This document shows positions 27,909-36,838 of a stretch of DNA of 64,000 nt, in pieces. The notes beneath the pieces were generated by a model. It did not search any database and was not told where the DNA came from. It saw only the letters and a program-made list of their open reading frames with translations. The translations under genes were made by a program, and so were the position numbers. Origin of the DNA: Archangium gephyra (GTDB taxonomy: Bacteria > Myxococcota > Myxococcia > Myxococcales > Myxococcaceae); assembly GCA_003243425.1 (NCBI GenBank), contig QFQP01000014.1:32110-96109 (forward strand), given 5' to 3'. Position 1 is the stretch's first letter; each line of letters opens with the position of its first letter.

Positions 27909-29060
27909 CTAGGCCGCCCCTCGCGCACCTGGCACGGTCTTTCGGAGCGCGTCGACGAGCGCCTCCACGTCCTGCTCACGCACGTGCCGTTGCGCCGAAA
28001 CACGCAGCACCGCGCGATCGCCGAACTGGAACACCGGCACCTCGATGGCGAACTCGCGCAGCAGTCGATCGCTCAACGCGCGCGTGGCGCCGGGCACCAC
28101 GATCGACGCCATCGAACCGACGAACTTCGCAGGGCTCAGCTCTTGCGGCAGCACGTGCATCAGGCGCTGACGAATCTCGAGCGCGTCTTCGCGGTTGCGC
28201 TCCATCAGCGCGGGCCAGCCGCCTGCGACGAGGCCACCCATCGTCGCCAGCGCCGTCGGCACACAGAAGTACGCAGTGGGGTCGTCGGTGCCCACCCAGT
28301 CGAACTCCAGCTGAAACTTCGAGCGGTCCGACCGGGGCGAGTTCGCGCCGTGACTGATGGTCGTGGGGTGAATGCGGCTCTGCCAGTCCTCTCGCACGTG
28401 GAGAAGCGCGGAGCCTTTCGGCGCGCAGACCCACTTGTGGAGATTTCCCGTGGTGAAGCTCGCCTTCGTGTGTTCGAGGTGGAGCGGCACCTGCCCCGGT
28501 GCATGCGCAGCGTCGACGAGCACGGGAATGCCGCGGCCTTCGAGCTCGGCGACCAGCGCGTCGATCGGCAACACGAGCGCCGTGGGACTGGTGATGCGTT
28601 CGAGCAAGACCAGCTTCGTACGCGCCGTGACGCGTTCACGGATTGCGTCGATGAAGAACTCGTCCTTCATGAGCGGGAAGGGCACCTGCGCGACCACCAC
28701 CCGCGCGCCGCTGCGTTCGGCCACGAACCTCAGCGCGTTCACGCACGCGTTGTACGCATGATCGAACGTGAGCAGCTCGTCACCGGGTTCGAACTTCAAG
28801 GACCGGAGCACGGCGTTCACGCCAGTGGTCGCGTTGTTCACGAACACCACGTCTTGCGGCCGCGCGCCCACGAACCTCGCCAGTTCGTCCCGGGCCTGAT
28901 CGAGCCGTGGTTCGTACTCGCGCGTCATGAAGCGCACCGGGTTGCTCTCGAGCGTCGCGCGCAACTCGCTCTGCCTCTCGAGCACCTTGCGAGGCGTCGC
29001 GCCGAAGCTGCCGTGATTCAGGAAGTGAACCGCGTCGTCGAGCTGCCACGGGTGTCTCAC
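27909..29060 (-). CDS. class V PLP-dependent aminotransferase-fold enzyme (isopenicillin-N-epimerase/cysteine-desulfurase-like)
   Basis: 383 aa. It has N-terminus FLNHGSFGATP and a PLP-lysine context TGNLHKWVCAPKG. Confidence 0.8.
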   Translation of the reverse strand: MRHPWQLDDAVHFLNHGSFGATPRKVLERQSELRATLESNPVRFMTREYEPRLDQARDELARFVGARPQDVVFVNNATTGVNAVLRSLKFEPGDELLTFDHAYNACVNALRFVAERSGARVVVAQVPFPLMKDEFFIDAIRERVTARTKLVLLERITSPTALVLPIDALVAELEGRGIPVLVDAAHAPGQVPLHLEHTKASFTTGNLHKWVCAPKGSALLHVREDWQSRIHPTTISHGANSPRSDRSKFQLEFDWVGTDDPTAYFCVPTALATMGGLVAGGWPALMERNREDALEIRQRLMHVLPQELSPAKFVGSMASIVVPGATRALSDRLLREFAIEVPVFQFGDRAVLRVSAQRHVREQDVEALVDALRKTVPGARGAA

Positions 29061-29070
29061 GCCGCAGACT

Positions 29071-29517
29071 CTACAGCGCGAGATCGAGCGTCACCTGCGT
29101 CACCTCGAACCCCAGCGCGCGGAAGAAGCCCGCCGACGCGTCATCAGCGAGGGGAAAGCGCACGTGAAGCCGCCGGCAACCGGCGAGCCGGGCGCGGCGC
29201 ACCATCTCCTGCATCAGCGCGCGACCCACACCCCGATGCCGATGATTGGCGTCGGTGATCACCGTGAGTACTTCCGCGTCACGCGCGCCGAGCCGCAACA
29301 TCGCGACGCCAACGACGTCGTCACCGGTCTGCGCGACCAGCACCGTGCCTTCACGCACGTGCCACCCACCGAGCGACAACAACGCCTCGGCCTGCGCATT
29401 GACTGCTTCCTTCACTGCGGTTCTCGGCCCACGTCGAAACATCGTGCGCTCGAGCCACTGCAACCGCTGTGCACTGCGTAAGTGCCTTCGCACCTCCTGA
29501 CGCAATGTGTTGTTCAC
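29071..29517 (-). CDS. GNAT family N-acetyltransferase
   Basis: 148 aa with a GTG start. The acetyl-CoA binding motif is HRHRGVGRALM. Confidence 0.8.
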   Translation of the reverse strand: MNNTLRQEVRRHLRSAQRLQWLERTMFRRGPRTAVKEAVNAQAEALLSLGGWHVREGTVLVAQTGDDVVGVAMLRLGARDAEVLTVITDANHRHRGVGRALMQEMVRRARLAGCRRLHVRFPLADDASAGFFRALGFEVTQVTLDLAL

Positions 29518-29559
29518 GAAGCTTGCCCGCCCGGGGCCTCACCCCGTATTCGCTCGCAA

Positions 29560-30630
29560 ATGATTCAGGCCCACTCGCGCATTTTCGGCACCGGCTTCGT
29601 CACCGGCGAAGTCTGCATTCCCAACGAGCGTTTCACGCGCGTCTGCGACACCACCGACGAGTGGATTCGTGAGCGCTCCGGCATCGAGCAGCGCTACGTG
29701 GTGAAGGAAGGCACGGGCACCAGCGATCTCGGCGTGGCCGCGGCGAAGAAGGCACTCGATGACGCGGGCTGGAAGGCCGAAGAGCTCGACTACATCGTCG
29801 TCGCCACCATGACGCCCGACTACTACTTCCCGGGGGTCGGCAGCCTCGTGCAGTCGAAGCTGGGTCTGGGCCCCATTCCTGCGCTCGACATCCGCCAGCA
29901 GTGCAGCGGGTTCGTCTACGGCCTGCAGGTGTGTGACGCGCTCATTCGCGCGGGCGCGGCGAAGAAGCTGCTCTTCATCGGCGCCGAGATTCACTCGGGC
30001 TTCATGCCGTTCAGCAAGCACGGCTGGAAGGTCTTCATGGGCGAGACCGAAGAGCCCGTGACGCAGGAAGAGCGCGACTGGAACTCGAAGTTCCGTCACC
30101 TCACGGTGCTGTTCGGCGACGCGGCCGGCGCGATGTGCATGGGCCCCACCGACAACCCGGAGCGCGGCGTGCTGGGCTTCGCGCTCCACAGCGACGGCAA
30201 GGACGTGACGAGCCTCTACGTGCCGTCGGCCGGCTTCGCGTACCGCCCGTACTTCTCTGAAGAGCACGTGCGTGAAGGCCGCTTCGTGCCGGTGATGGAA
30301 GGCCGCAACGTCTTCAAGATGGCCGTCACCAAGATGCCGGAGGCCGTCTTCGAAGTGCTCGGGAAGACCGGCTTGTCGCTCGACAACGTGAAGCTGCTGA
30401 TTCCGCACCAGGCGAACCTGCGCATCAGCGAAGCGGTGCAGAAGTCGCTCAAGCTGCCGGACGACCGCATCTACAACAACATCCAGAAGTACGGGAACAC
30501 GACGGCCGCGACGATCCCCATCGCGTACGACGAGTGCCGCAAGAGCGGAAAGGTGAAGGAAGGCGACCTGGTGGCGTTCGCGGGCCTCGGCGCCGGCTTC
30601 CACTGGGGCGCCGCGCTGATGCGCGAGTGA
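29560..30630 (+). CDS. fabH: beta-ketoacyl-ACP synthase III (FabH-like)
   Basis: The start was chosen at MIQAHSRIFGTG. Catalytic triad contexts are QQCSGFVYG (Cys), IPHQANLRI (His) and YGNTTAATIP (Asn). There is an internal insertion relative to the roughly 320-aa FabH I remember. Confidence 0.85.
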   Translation: MIQAHSRIFGTGFVTGEVCIPNERFTRVCDTTDEWIRERSGIEQRYVVKEGTGTSDLGVAAAKKALDDAGWKAEELDYIVVATMTPDYYFPGVGSLVQSKLGLGPIPALDIRQQCSGFVYGLQVCDALIRAGAAKKLLFIGAEIHSGFMPFSKHGWKVFMGETEEPVTQEERDWNSKFRHLTVLFGDAAGAMCMGPTDNPERGVLGFALHSDGKDVTSLYVPSAGFAYRPYFSEEHVREGRFVPVMEGRNVFKMAVTKMPEAVFEVLGKTGLSLDNVKLLIPHQANLRISEAVQKSLKLPDDRIYNNIQKYGNTTAATIPIAYDECRKSGKVKEGDLVAFAGLGAGFHWGAALMRE

Positions 30631-30655
30631 CGCACGCAGCACCGCTTGAAACACG

Positions 30656-30693
30656 AACGCCGCGGCGACCACCCGGGTCACCGCGGCGTTTTC
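30656..30693. terminator. strong hairpin between convergent fabH-like and tolB genes
   Basis: A 15-bp stem AACGCCGCGGCGACC / GGTCACCGCGGCGTT with one mismatch and a 5-nt loop is followed by TTTTC on the plus strand. Confidence 0.6.
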
Positions 30694-30708
30694 ATGTGCA
30701 GCGGTTCT

Positions 30709-31992
30709 TCAGTTCGCCCAGTCGGGCGTCGTCAGGTCACCACGGTCGATCGGCAGCGCGATCTGGTTGTTGCCGTCGAAGGTCATCACATACAGCCCGC
30801 GACCACCGTCACGCGTCGAGGTGAACATGATGAGGCGGCCATTGGGCGAGAACACCGGCTCCTCGTTGCCCGACGCGTCCTGCGTGAGGCGCGTGATCTT
30901 CTTGGTCTCGACGTTCACCGTGAAGAGGTCGAACGCGTTGCGCTCATCGCGCGCCGTGAAGGCGATGAGGTCTCCGCGCGGGCTCCACGACGGCGTGGTG
31001 TTGTAGTTGCCCTGGAACGTGAGGCGCTTCTGGCCCGAGCCGTCGGCGTTCATCACGTAGATCTGCGGGCCGCCATCGCGGTTCGACACGAAGCCGATGC
31101 GCTTGCCGTCGGGCGACCACGTGGGGCTGGTGTTGAGGAAGAACTTGCTGTCGGTGATCTTCGTGAGGTTCGAGCCGTCGGCGTTGGCGACGTAGATCTC
31201 GGCGTTCTCACCTTCCGACACCGACACCGCCACGCGCTTGCCGTCGGGCGAGAACGACGCGCCGGTCACCATGCTGCCCTTGCCGATGATCTGCGTCGGC
31301 TCGCCACCACGCGCCGCAAAGAGGAACGGCTTCTTGCTGCGGTACGAGGTGAAGGCCACGCCACCACCGGGAATCAGCGCGGGCAGCACGTTCACGTCAC
31401 CATTCGTCACGCGGCTGGCGTTCTTGCCGTCCCAGTCGGCGACGTACACGTCACGGCCGCCGGGCGACTTGCGCGTGAAGGCGATGCGCGTCTCGAAGGG
31501 GCCCGTCTCGCGCGTGTAGAACTTGTAGACCGCGTTCGCGAGCTTGTGCGCCAGCTTCCGCGCGTCCTTCAACGGCACCGACTCGGTGACCTTGAGGTCT
31601 TCACGGCCAGCAGCCACCGCGAACAGACGCAGGTCACCGCGGAGGTTCGCACCATCGACACTCAACTGCGTCTTCACCAGCGACTCGGCGCCGATGTCGG
31701 TCCAGCGCGGGAACTGAATGGTCGACGCGGTGACGCCTTCCTTCGGGTCGGCCAGGAAGCTCTTGCGATCCAGCACCTGGAACAGGCCGCACGCGGCGAA
31801 GTCGAAGGTCAACGCAGCGTCGAACTCCACCGCGGCCGTCTTCGCGCCTTCATCCTGCATCTGCGGTACCGCGACAGCGAGCGGCATCGGGCGGAAGTTG
31901 GCGCCAGAGATCTCGATGACCGCGCGCTGGGCGAAAGCGACGGTCGGCAACACGACGAGCAAGGCGAGCAGATTTCGCATGGGTGACTTCAT
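30709..31992 (-). CDS. tolB: Tol-Pal system beta-propeller protein TolB
   Basis: 427 aa. It has a signal peptide and repeated SPDG/SWSP propeller blades (FSPDGKRVA, WSPDGKRIGF, WSPRGDLIAF, FSPNGRLIMF). Confidence 0.93.
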   Translation of the reverse strand: MKSPMRNLLALLVVLPTVAFAQRAVIEISGANFRPMPLAVAVPQMQDEGAKTAAVEFDAALTFDFAACGLFQVLDRKSFLADPKEGVTASTIQFPRWTDIGAESLVKTQLSVDGANLRGDLRLFAVAAGREDLKVTESVPLKDARKLAHKLANAVYKFYTRETGPFETRIAFTRKSPGGRDVYVADWDGKNASRVTNGDVNVLPALIPGGGVAFTSYRSKKPFLFAARGGEPTQIIGKGSMVTGASFSPDGKRVAVSVSEGENAEIYVANADGSNLTKITDSKFFLNTSPTWSPDGKRIGFVSNRDGGPQIYVMNADGSGQKRLTFQGNYNTTPSWSPRGDLIAFTARDERNAFDLFTVNVETKKITRLTQDASGNEEPVFSPNGRLIMFTSTRDGGRGLYVMTFDGNNQIALPIDRGDLTTPDWAN

Positions 31993-32012
31993 AGGCGATT
32001 TTGGGTGGCTCC

Positions 32013-32768
32013 TTACGGACTGAAGACGAGCTCCACGCCGTCCTTCTTCAACGTGGCGCGAAGGTTTTCAGGCGGGGCGGTGAAGGGCGCAGCCTTCTTC
32101 ACGGCGCCGATGACTGCGGAGTCGAATAGCTCGTTACCGGACGGTTTCGAGAGCGAGACATCGACCAGCTCGCCGCCCGCGCCGATGCGCAGCACGACGT
32201 TGGCCTTCAAACGAATGCGCTCCGACTCGTCGATGGTGTTCGACACGTCGTAGTTGCGGCGCACGACTGCCTTCAAAAGACCGAAGTAGCGCTCACCTTC
32301 CTGAATCGCCGAGTCGCCGTCTTTGTCACCGTCTGGATCGCCTTCGAGCTCTTCGGGCTTCGCGGCCTTGCCGGCCTGCGCGAGCGCGTTGAACAGGCTC
32401 TTCTTGCCGTCTTTCGCGCCTTCGTCCTTCGCGGCGCTCTTTTCGGGTTTGGCGTCCTTGGTGGGGATCTTCACCGCGTTGTCCGGCGGCGCGGGCGTCG
32501 GCACTTTGACTTCCTGCTTCTGCGCCGGCGGCGGAGGCGTGGTCTCGGCCTCCATGCGCGGCAGCAGCTTCTCGTCGCGTTTCTTTCCCAGTCGAACCAG
32601 CGAGGCCTTGATGGGCTTCTGCTCGAGGTCGACCTTCGGGCCCGAAATCAGCCAGCTGAAGACGAGCCAACCGACCACCAGCAAGACGTGGCCAATCACC
32701 GACAGCCCGATGAACAGGGGCAGCGGAGAAGGGCGATCGTCGAACAGGCTGGCGGCGCGCGCGGTCAT
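32013..32768 (-). CDS. TolA/TonB-like energy-transducer protein
   Basis: 251 aa. It has an N-terminal TM anchor, a Pro/Lys-rich spacer and a TonB_C-like C-terminal domain. It is positioned between tolR and tolB. Confidence 0.8.
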   Translation of the reverse strand: MTARAASLFDDRPSPLPLFIGLSVIGHVLLVVGWLVFSWLISGPKVDLEQKPIKASLVRLGKKRDEKLLPRMEAETTPPPPAQKQEVKVPTPAPPDNAVKIPTKDAKPEKSAAKDEGAKDGKKSLFNALAQAGKAAKPEELEGDPDGDKDGDSAIQEGERYFGLLKAVVRRNYDVSNTIDESERIRLKANVVLRIGAGGELVDVSLSKPSGNELFDSAVIGAVKKAAPFTAPPENLRATLKKDGVELVFSP

Positions 32769-33211
32769 TTCGGTTTCTTGTCCTTCGACGTCTGCGACGC
32801 GCCCATCGGGTCCGTGATCATGCCGACGTTGGTGACGCCCGCGCGCTGAGCCGCGGCCATCACGTCGACCACCACGCCGTAGGGCAGGTCGCGGTCGGCG
32901 TGCAGGTACATCTCCTTGTCCTTCTGCGCCTTGGCGTTGGTCTTGAGCGACTCTTCGAAACGCGCGAGGTCGATCTCTGCTTCCCCGATGAACACGCGCT
33001 TCTGCGCATCGATGGAAACGACGAGCTTCTTGTCGTCGGCTTCGACGGGCGCCGCCTTGGTCTCGGGCAGGTTCACCTTCACGCCCTGCTGAATGAGCGG
33101 CGTGGTCACCATGAAGATGATGAGCAGCACGAGCATCACGTCGACCATCGGCGTGATGTTGATCTCGCTGAGAGTGGAGCGACCGCCACCCTTGTTGGCT
33201 GACATGCCCAT
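32765..33211 (-). CDS. tolR: TolR/ExbD family protein
   Basis: 148 aa. It has the motif EINITPMVDVMLVLLIIFMV and the ExbD periplasmic domain. Confidence 0.88.
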   Translation of the reverse strand: MGMSANKGGGRSTLSEINITPMVDVMLVLLIIFMVTTPLIQQGVKVNLPETKAAPVEADDKKLVVSIDAQKRVFIGEAEIDLARFEESLKTNAKAQKDKEMYLHADRDLPYGVVVDVMAAAQRAGVTNVGMITDPMGASQTSKDKKPK

Positions 33212-33220
33212 TGGGTCAAC

Positions 33221-33907
33221 TCACTTGAAGAAGTGGCGCTTCACGATGTTCAGGAAGTCGTTCGAGAAGTTCGACATCTCGGTGTCGAACACCTTGATGC
33301 GCGAAACGAACGAGTTGTACGCGATGACGGCGGGGATCGCGGCGGCCAGACCAGCGGCCGTGGCGAGCAGCGCGTTGCCGATGGGCGCGGCGACGGTGGC
33401 GATGGTCGCGTTGCCCTTCTCGGCGATCTCGTTGAACGCGCCCAGAATGCCCATGACGGTTCCGAGCAAGCCGATGAACGGCGCGGTGCTGCCGACGGTG
33501 CCGAGGAACGAGGTGTTGGCCTCGAGCGTGGTGATCTCCTGCAGCGCGGCGCGGGTGAGCGCACGTTCGACGTTCTCGATGCCGCCCAACTTCTCGCTCA
33601 TGGCACCTTCGGGGCCGCCCTTGTGCTGCGCGAGCTTGCTGAGCTCCTCGTAGCCGGCGCGGAACACGCGCGAGAGCGGCGAGGCCTCGAGCTTCTGCGA
33701 CTCGGTGTAGATGGCGTCGAGCCGCGACGCCTTCCAGAACACGTCGAGGAACGCGACCGACTCGGCGCGCGCCTTGCGGAGCTGGTTCCACTTCATGGCG
33801 ATCAACGCCCAGGAATACGCCGACGCCGCGGCCAGGAGCACCAGCACCGCGAGTTCCACGGCCGAGGCGCTCTTGAGCACTTCCACGTAGTTCATCGCTG
33901 CCAACAT
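33221..33907 (-). CDS. tolQ: TolQ/ExbB family proton channel protein
   Basis: It has MotA/TolQ/ExbB motifs (APFIGLLGTVMGILGAF, ALLATAAGLAAAIPAVIAYN). The start was chosen at MLAAMNYVE; the track ORF begins at 33943. Confidence 0.88.
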   Translation of the reverse strand: MLAAMNYVEVLKSASAVELAVLVLLAAASAYSWALIAMKWNQLRKARAESVAFLDVFWKASRLDAIYTESQKLEASPLSRVFRAGYEELSKLAQHKGGPEGAMSEKLGGIENVERALTRAALQEITTLEANTSFLGTVGSTAPFIGLLGTVMGILGAFNEIAEKGNATIATVAAPIGNALLATAAGLAAAIPAVIAYNSFVSRIKVFDTEMSNFSNDFLNIVKRHFFK

Positions 33908-34051
33908 GTGAGGCTCGCTAACACCCACCCTGCGATCCGGCAAGAAACGCCTTGCGAATCAGGAGGTTGGCGCTCTTTGTTGAATCGAAGACGATGTTCG
34001 CCGTCTACGGCAACCAACCAGAAACCGACTGGTCCTTATTTCGAGGAGCAC

Positions 34052-35101
34052 ATGTCCGCTCAATCCCGATTCGCGTCTGTGGCCACGCTGGCCGCTTTCG
34101 TCATGGCGTCGTCTGGCTGTGTCTGTGTGAGCAACACTGGCCGCAGCGGCGACATCATCTTCACGTGGAACTTCAACGGTCAGCCCTGTGCGCTCGTCCC
34201 TGATGTTGCGCAGGTGAGCGTGCAGATTCCCGGGCAGACGCTGCAGAACAACGGCGTCTACGGCTGCATCAATTCCGGAACGGCCGGCATTCGGCTGCTG
34301 AACTTCCGCGCCGGCACCTACGACTACACGATCAGCGGCCAGGACTCGCGCGGTGTCGTCATCTACCAGGCGACCGGCAAGGTCACGGTGAATGGCGACG
34401 TGGCGATGGACGTGAAGTTGCTGCCGACGGCCGATGCGAAGGGCTCTGCTTACCTGTTCTGGACGTTCCCGAGCTCGTCGAAGATCGTCGATTGCTCGCG
34501 CATCGCCACGGTCGACGTCAGCGTGAATGGCGCGCTCATCACCTCGGCGCCGTGTTCTCAGGGGTGGGCGGGCCCGGGCCTCTCGCCTCCCGGCGTGTAC
34601 GTGAGCGGCATCTTCCCCGGCCAGAACACCATCACCCTCGCGGCGCGCGACGCGAACTCGTTCTTCTACTACCGCTCTGACTTCCCGCTCGTGGTCAACG
34701 CCGGTGGTGACGTGTCGGAAAATCGCACGCTCGACTGGGCCGTGGGTTCGCTGCCGGTGCGCTGGAGCTTCAGCAACGGTGCCAGCCAGCTCAACTGCAA
34801 CCAGTCGCAGATCAGCAGCGTGTACGTGAACCTCCGCGACTCGAGCGGCCAGTATGTCTACGAAGGCGCTGGCACGCAGCTCCCGTGCATCGCGACCGGC
34901 GGCATCGAAGGCGCGACCTTCGATTTCCTCTACGCCGGCAACTACACGCTCGTTGTGCAGGCCTGCGATTCGTCGAACCGCCTCTACTCGTCGGACCAGA
35001 CCAACCAGCCGTCGGTCTCCGTGACGGCCGGTAACTTCCCGGTTCTGAGCTCGGCGACGCCGATCACGCTGGTCCCGATCACCGGCGCGTTCTGCCCGTA
35101 G
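34052..35101 (+). CDS. lipoprotein with three internal ~110-aa repeats
   Basis: Only the 3' part of track ORF 33233-35101 is coding, because its 5' part is antisense to tolQ. The start is at MSAQSRF with lipobox MASSGC. Repeats begin FTWNFNGQPC, LFWTFPSSSKIVDC and VRWSFSNGASQLNC. Confidence 0.7.
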   Translation: MSAQSRFASVATLAAFVMASSGCVCVSNTGRSGDIIFTWNFNGQPCALVPDVAQVSVQIPGQTLQNNGVYGCINSGTAGIRLLNFRAGTYDYTISGQDSRGVVIYQATGKVTVNGDVAMDVKLLPTADAKGSAYLFWTFPSSSKIVDCSRIATVDVSVNGALITSAPCSQGWAGPGLSPPGVYVSGIFPGQNTITLAARDANSFFYYRSDFPLVVNAGGDVSENRTLDWAVGSLPVRWSFSNGASQLNCNQSQISSVYVNLRDSSGQYVYEGAGTQLPCIATGGIEGATFDFLYAGNYTLVVQACDSSNRLYSSDQTNQPSVSVTAGNFPVLSSATPITLVPITGAFCP

Positions 35102-35656
35102 TCACTGCAGCTGAAAGCGCTCACCCAGCTGCGCAATGACCGTGGAGATGACCTGCGTCTCTTCACGGCCCTGCATCAGCTGGTGACCCGCCCAGTCGCT
35201 GCGCTTCTCGACGTCGGTGCAGGTGTAGCCGACGTCGCGAAGGTCCCGGTCACCGTCGCCGCAGCTCTCGATGCCGTGCACCGTCGGCTTGCCCCAGAAC
35301 AGAACGGTGGTGCGGTTGCCTTCGGTGACGAAGCGCACGGCGAACCACGAACCGATGTCCTGCGTCACGAAGTTGCTGTTGGGTTGATCGCGACGGCCAC
35401 CGCGGTTGATGCGTTCACGCGTCCCGCGGAAGAAGACGACCTTGTTGTTGGGCGTCACTTCGGTGCGCTTGAGCTCCTGAAAGCCACGGTCGTTCATCAA
35501 CTGCGTCACCGCAGCCTCGATGTCGGCGGCCGGACGGTCGAACGCGATGCTGGTGCCTTCTTCCGTGAGGAACTTGCTCGCGGAACCCTTGATGGTGCGC
35601 ATCGGAGTACACGCCGCCAACACAACCACTGCCGCAGACAACAGGAGCGTTCGCAT
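35102..35656 (-). CDS. lipoprotein of unknown function
   Basis: The start was chosen at MRTLLLSAAVVVLAAC (lipobox). Third codon positions are G+C-rich. The track ORF extends further 5' to 35836. Confidence 0.65.
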   Translation of the reverse strand: MRTLLLSAAVVVLAACTPMRTIKGSASKFLTEEGTSIAFDRPAADIEAAVTQLMNDRGFQELKRTEVTPNNKVVFFRGTRERINRGGRRDQPNSNFVTQDIGSWFAVRFVTEGNRTTVLFWGKPTVHGIESCGDGDRDLRDVGYTCTDVEKRSDWAGHQLMQGREETQVISTVIAQLGERFQLQ

Positions 35657-35699
35657 GGCCGGGCTGCATATCAGCTCGTCGTGAGGGCTGGCCCGCCGT

Positions 35700-36533
35700 G
35701 TGCTAACCGCCACCGACATGCGGCACGGCAGACACGCGGCGATCGGCGTCTTCGATTCAGGGGTCGGCGGCCTCACGGTGTTGAAGGCGATGATGGAACG
35801 GCTCCCGATGGAGTCGACGGTGTACCTCGGCGACACCGCGCGCGTTCCCTACGGCACCAAGTCGGGTGAGGTCGTCACGCGGTACTCGCTGGCGAACGCG
35901 CAGGCGCTGATGGAGTACGACCTGAAGGCGCTGGTGGTCGCGTGCAACACGGCGTCGGCAGTCGCGTTGCCGGCGCTCTCTGCAGCGCTCCCGATTCCCG
36001 TCATCGGGGTGATCACGCCCGGTGCTGAAGCGGCAGTGCGCGCCACGAAGACGGGGAAGGTGGCGGTCATCGGAACGCCGGGAACGATCGCGTCAGGGGC
36101 GTATCAGTCAGCGCTCGAGTCGGCGGCGTCGTCGCTCGAAGTGCATTCGCGCGCGTGTCCGTTGTTCGTGCCGCTGGCGGAAGAGGGCTGGCTCGAAGGC
36201 CCGGTGCCGCAGCTGGTGGCCGAGAAGTATCTGAACGACGGCTTCCTCGAAGGCGTCGACACGTTGGTGCTCGGCTGCACGCACTACCCGTTGTTGGCGC
36301 CGGTGATTCAGCAGGTGGTCGGTTCGCGCGTGACGCTGGTCGATTCGGCGCTGGCGACTGCTGAACGTCTCGCCACGGTGCTGCGTGAACGTGAACTCAC
36401 GCGGCTCGAGCGCGGCACGGTCGAACGCCACTACCTGGTCACCGACACGCCGACGCGGTTCCTCGAAGTTGGCGCGCGGTTCCTCGGCCGCCCGCTTTCC
36501 GGCGCGCGGCAGATCGACCTTCACGTGAAGTGA
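35700..36533 (+). CDS. murI: glutamate racemase
   Basis: 277 aa. It has IGVFDSGVGGLTVL, VVACNTAS and LGCTHYPLL (the two catalytic Cys contexts). The start is GTG 35700 or ATG 35718. Confidence 0.93.
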   Translation: MLTATDMRHGRHAAIGVFDSGVGGLTVLKAMMERLPMESTVYLGDTARVPYGTKSGEVVTRYSLANAQALMEYDLKALVVACNTASAVALPALSAALPIPVIGVITPGAEAAVRATKTGKVAVIGTPGTIASGAYQSALESAASSLEVHSRACPLFVPLAEEGWLEGPVPQLVAEKYLNDGFLEGVDTLVLGCTHYPLLAPVIQQVVGSRVTLVDSALATAERLATVLRERELTRLERGTVERHYLVTDTPTRFLEVGARFLGRPLSGARQIDLHVK

Positions 36534-36731
36534 TCAGCGTGGTCGAAGGCCCGCGAGCAACTCGGTGAACGAGTTCGCGACGAGAATCACGTTGTCGAAG
36601 GTCGGAACTTCGTCGTCACCAGCTTCGACATGGCTCGCGAGGAACGTTCGATAGTCGGCGGGCAACTTCACTTTCGCTTTCCGCTCGAACGCCGCGACTC
36701 GCTCGACACTCACGTCAGAACCTTTCACCAC
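36534..36731 (-). CDS. short SMI1/KNR4 (SUKH)-like protein, possibly truncated
   Basis: 65 aa. VERVAAFERKAKVKLPADYRTFL resembles the N-terminal SUKH-1 signature, and NSFTELLAGL resembles the usual C-terminal end. The middle of a normal roughly 140-aa domain appears to be missing. Confidence 0.45.
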   Translation of the reverse strand: MVKGSDVSVERVAAFERKAKVKLPADYRTFLASHVEAGDDEVPTFDNVILVANSFTELLAGLRPR

Positions 36732-36838
36732 GACTGGGAAACGGAGCGCCCACGCTCACTGCAGCCGACTTTACGCTCGTCGCTGAATTCGTTGGAGCCG
36801 CACGGTTCGAGAACTCCTTCAGAAAGGAACTTCTCGCC

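Noticed and set aside
27984-29258. 424-aa plus-strand ORF
   Set aside because: It is antisense to the class V aminotransferase and GNAT genes, and its translation is Arg/His-rich.
29539-31986. 380-aa minus ORF (29539-30681) and 446-aa plus ORF (30646-31986)
   Set aside because: They are antisense to fabH-like and tolB respectively, both of which have catalytic or propeller motifs.
33233-34051. 5' two-fifths of track ORF 33233-35101
   Set aside because: This part is antisense to tolQ and is Arg/Gly/Glu-rich. The real gene starts at the internal Met (34052), which is followed by a lipoprotein signal.
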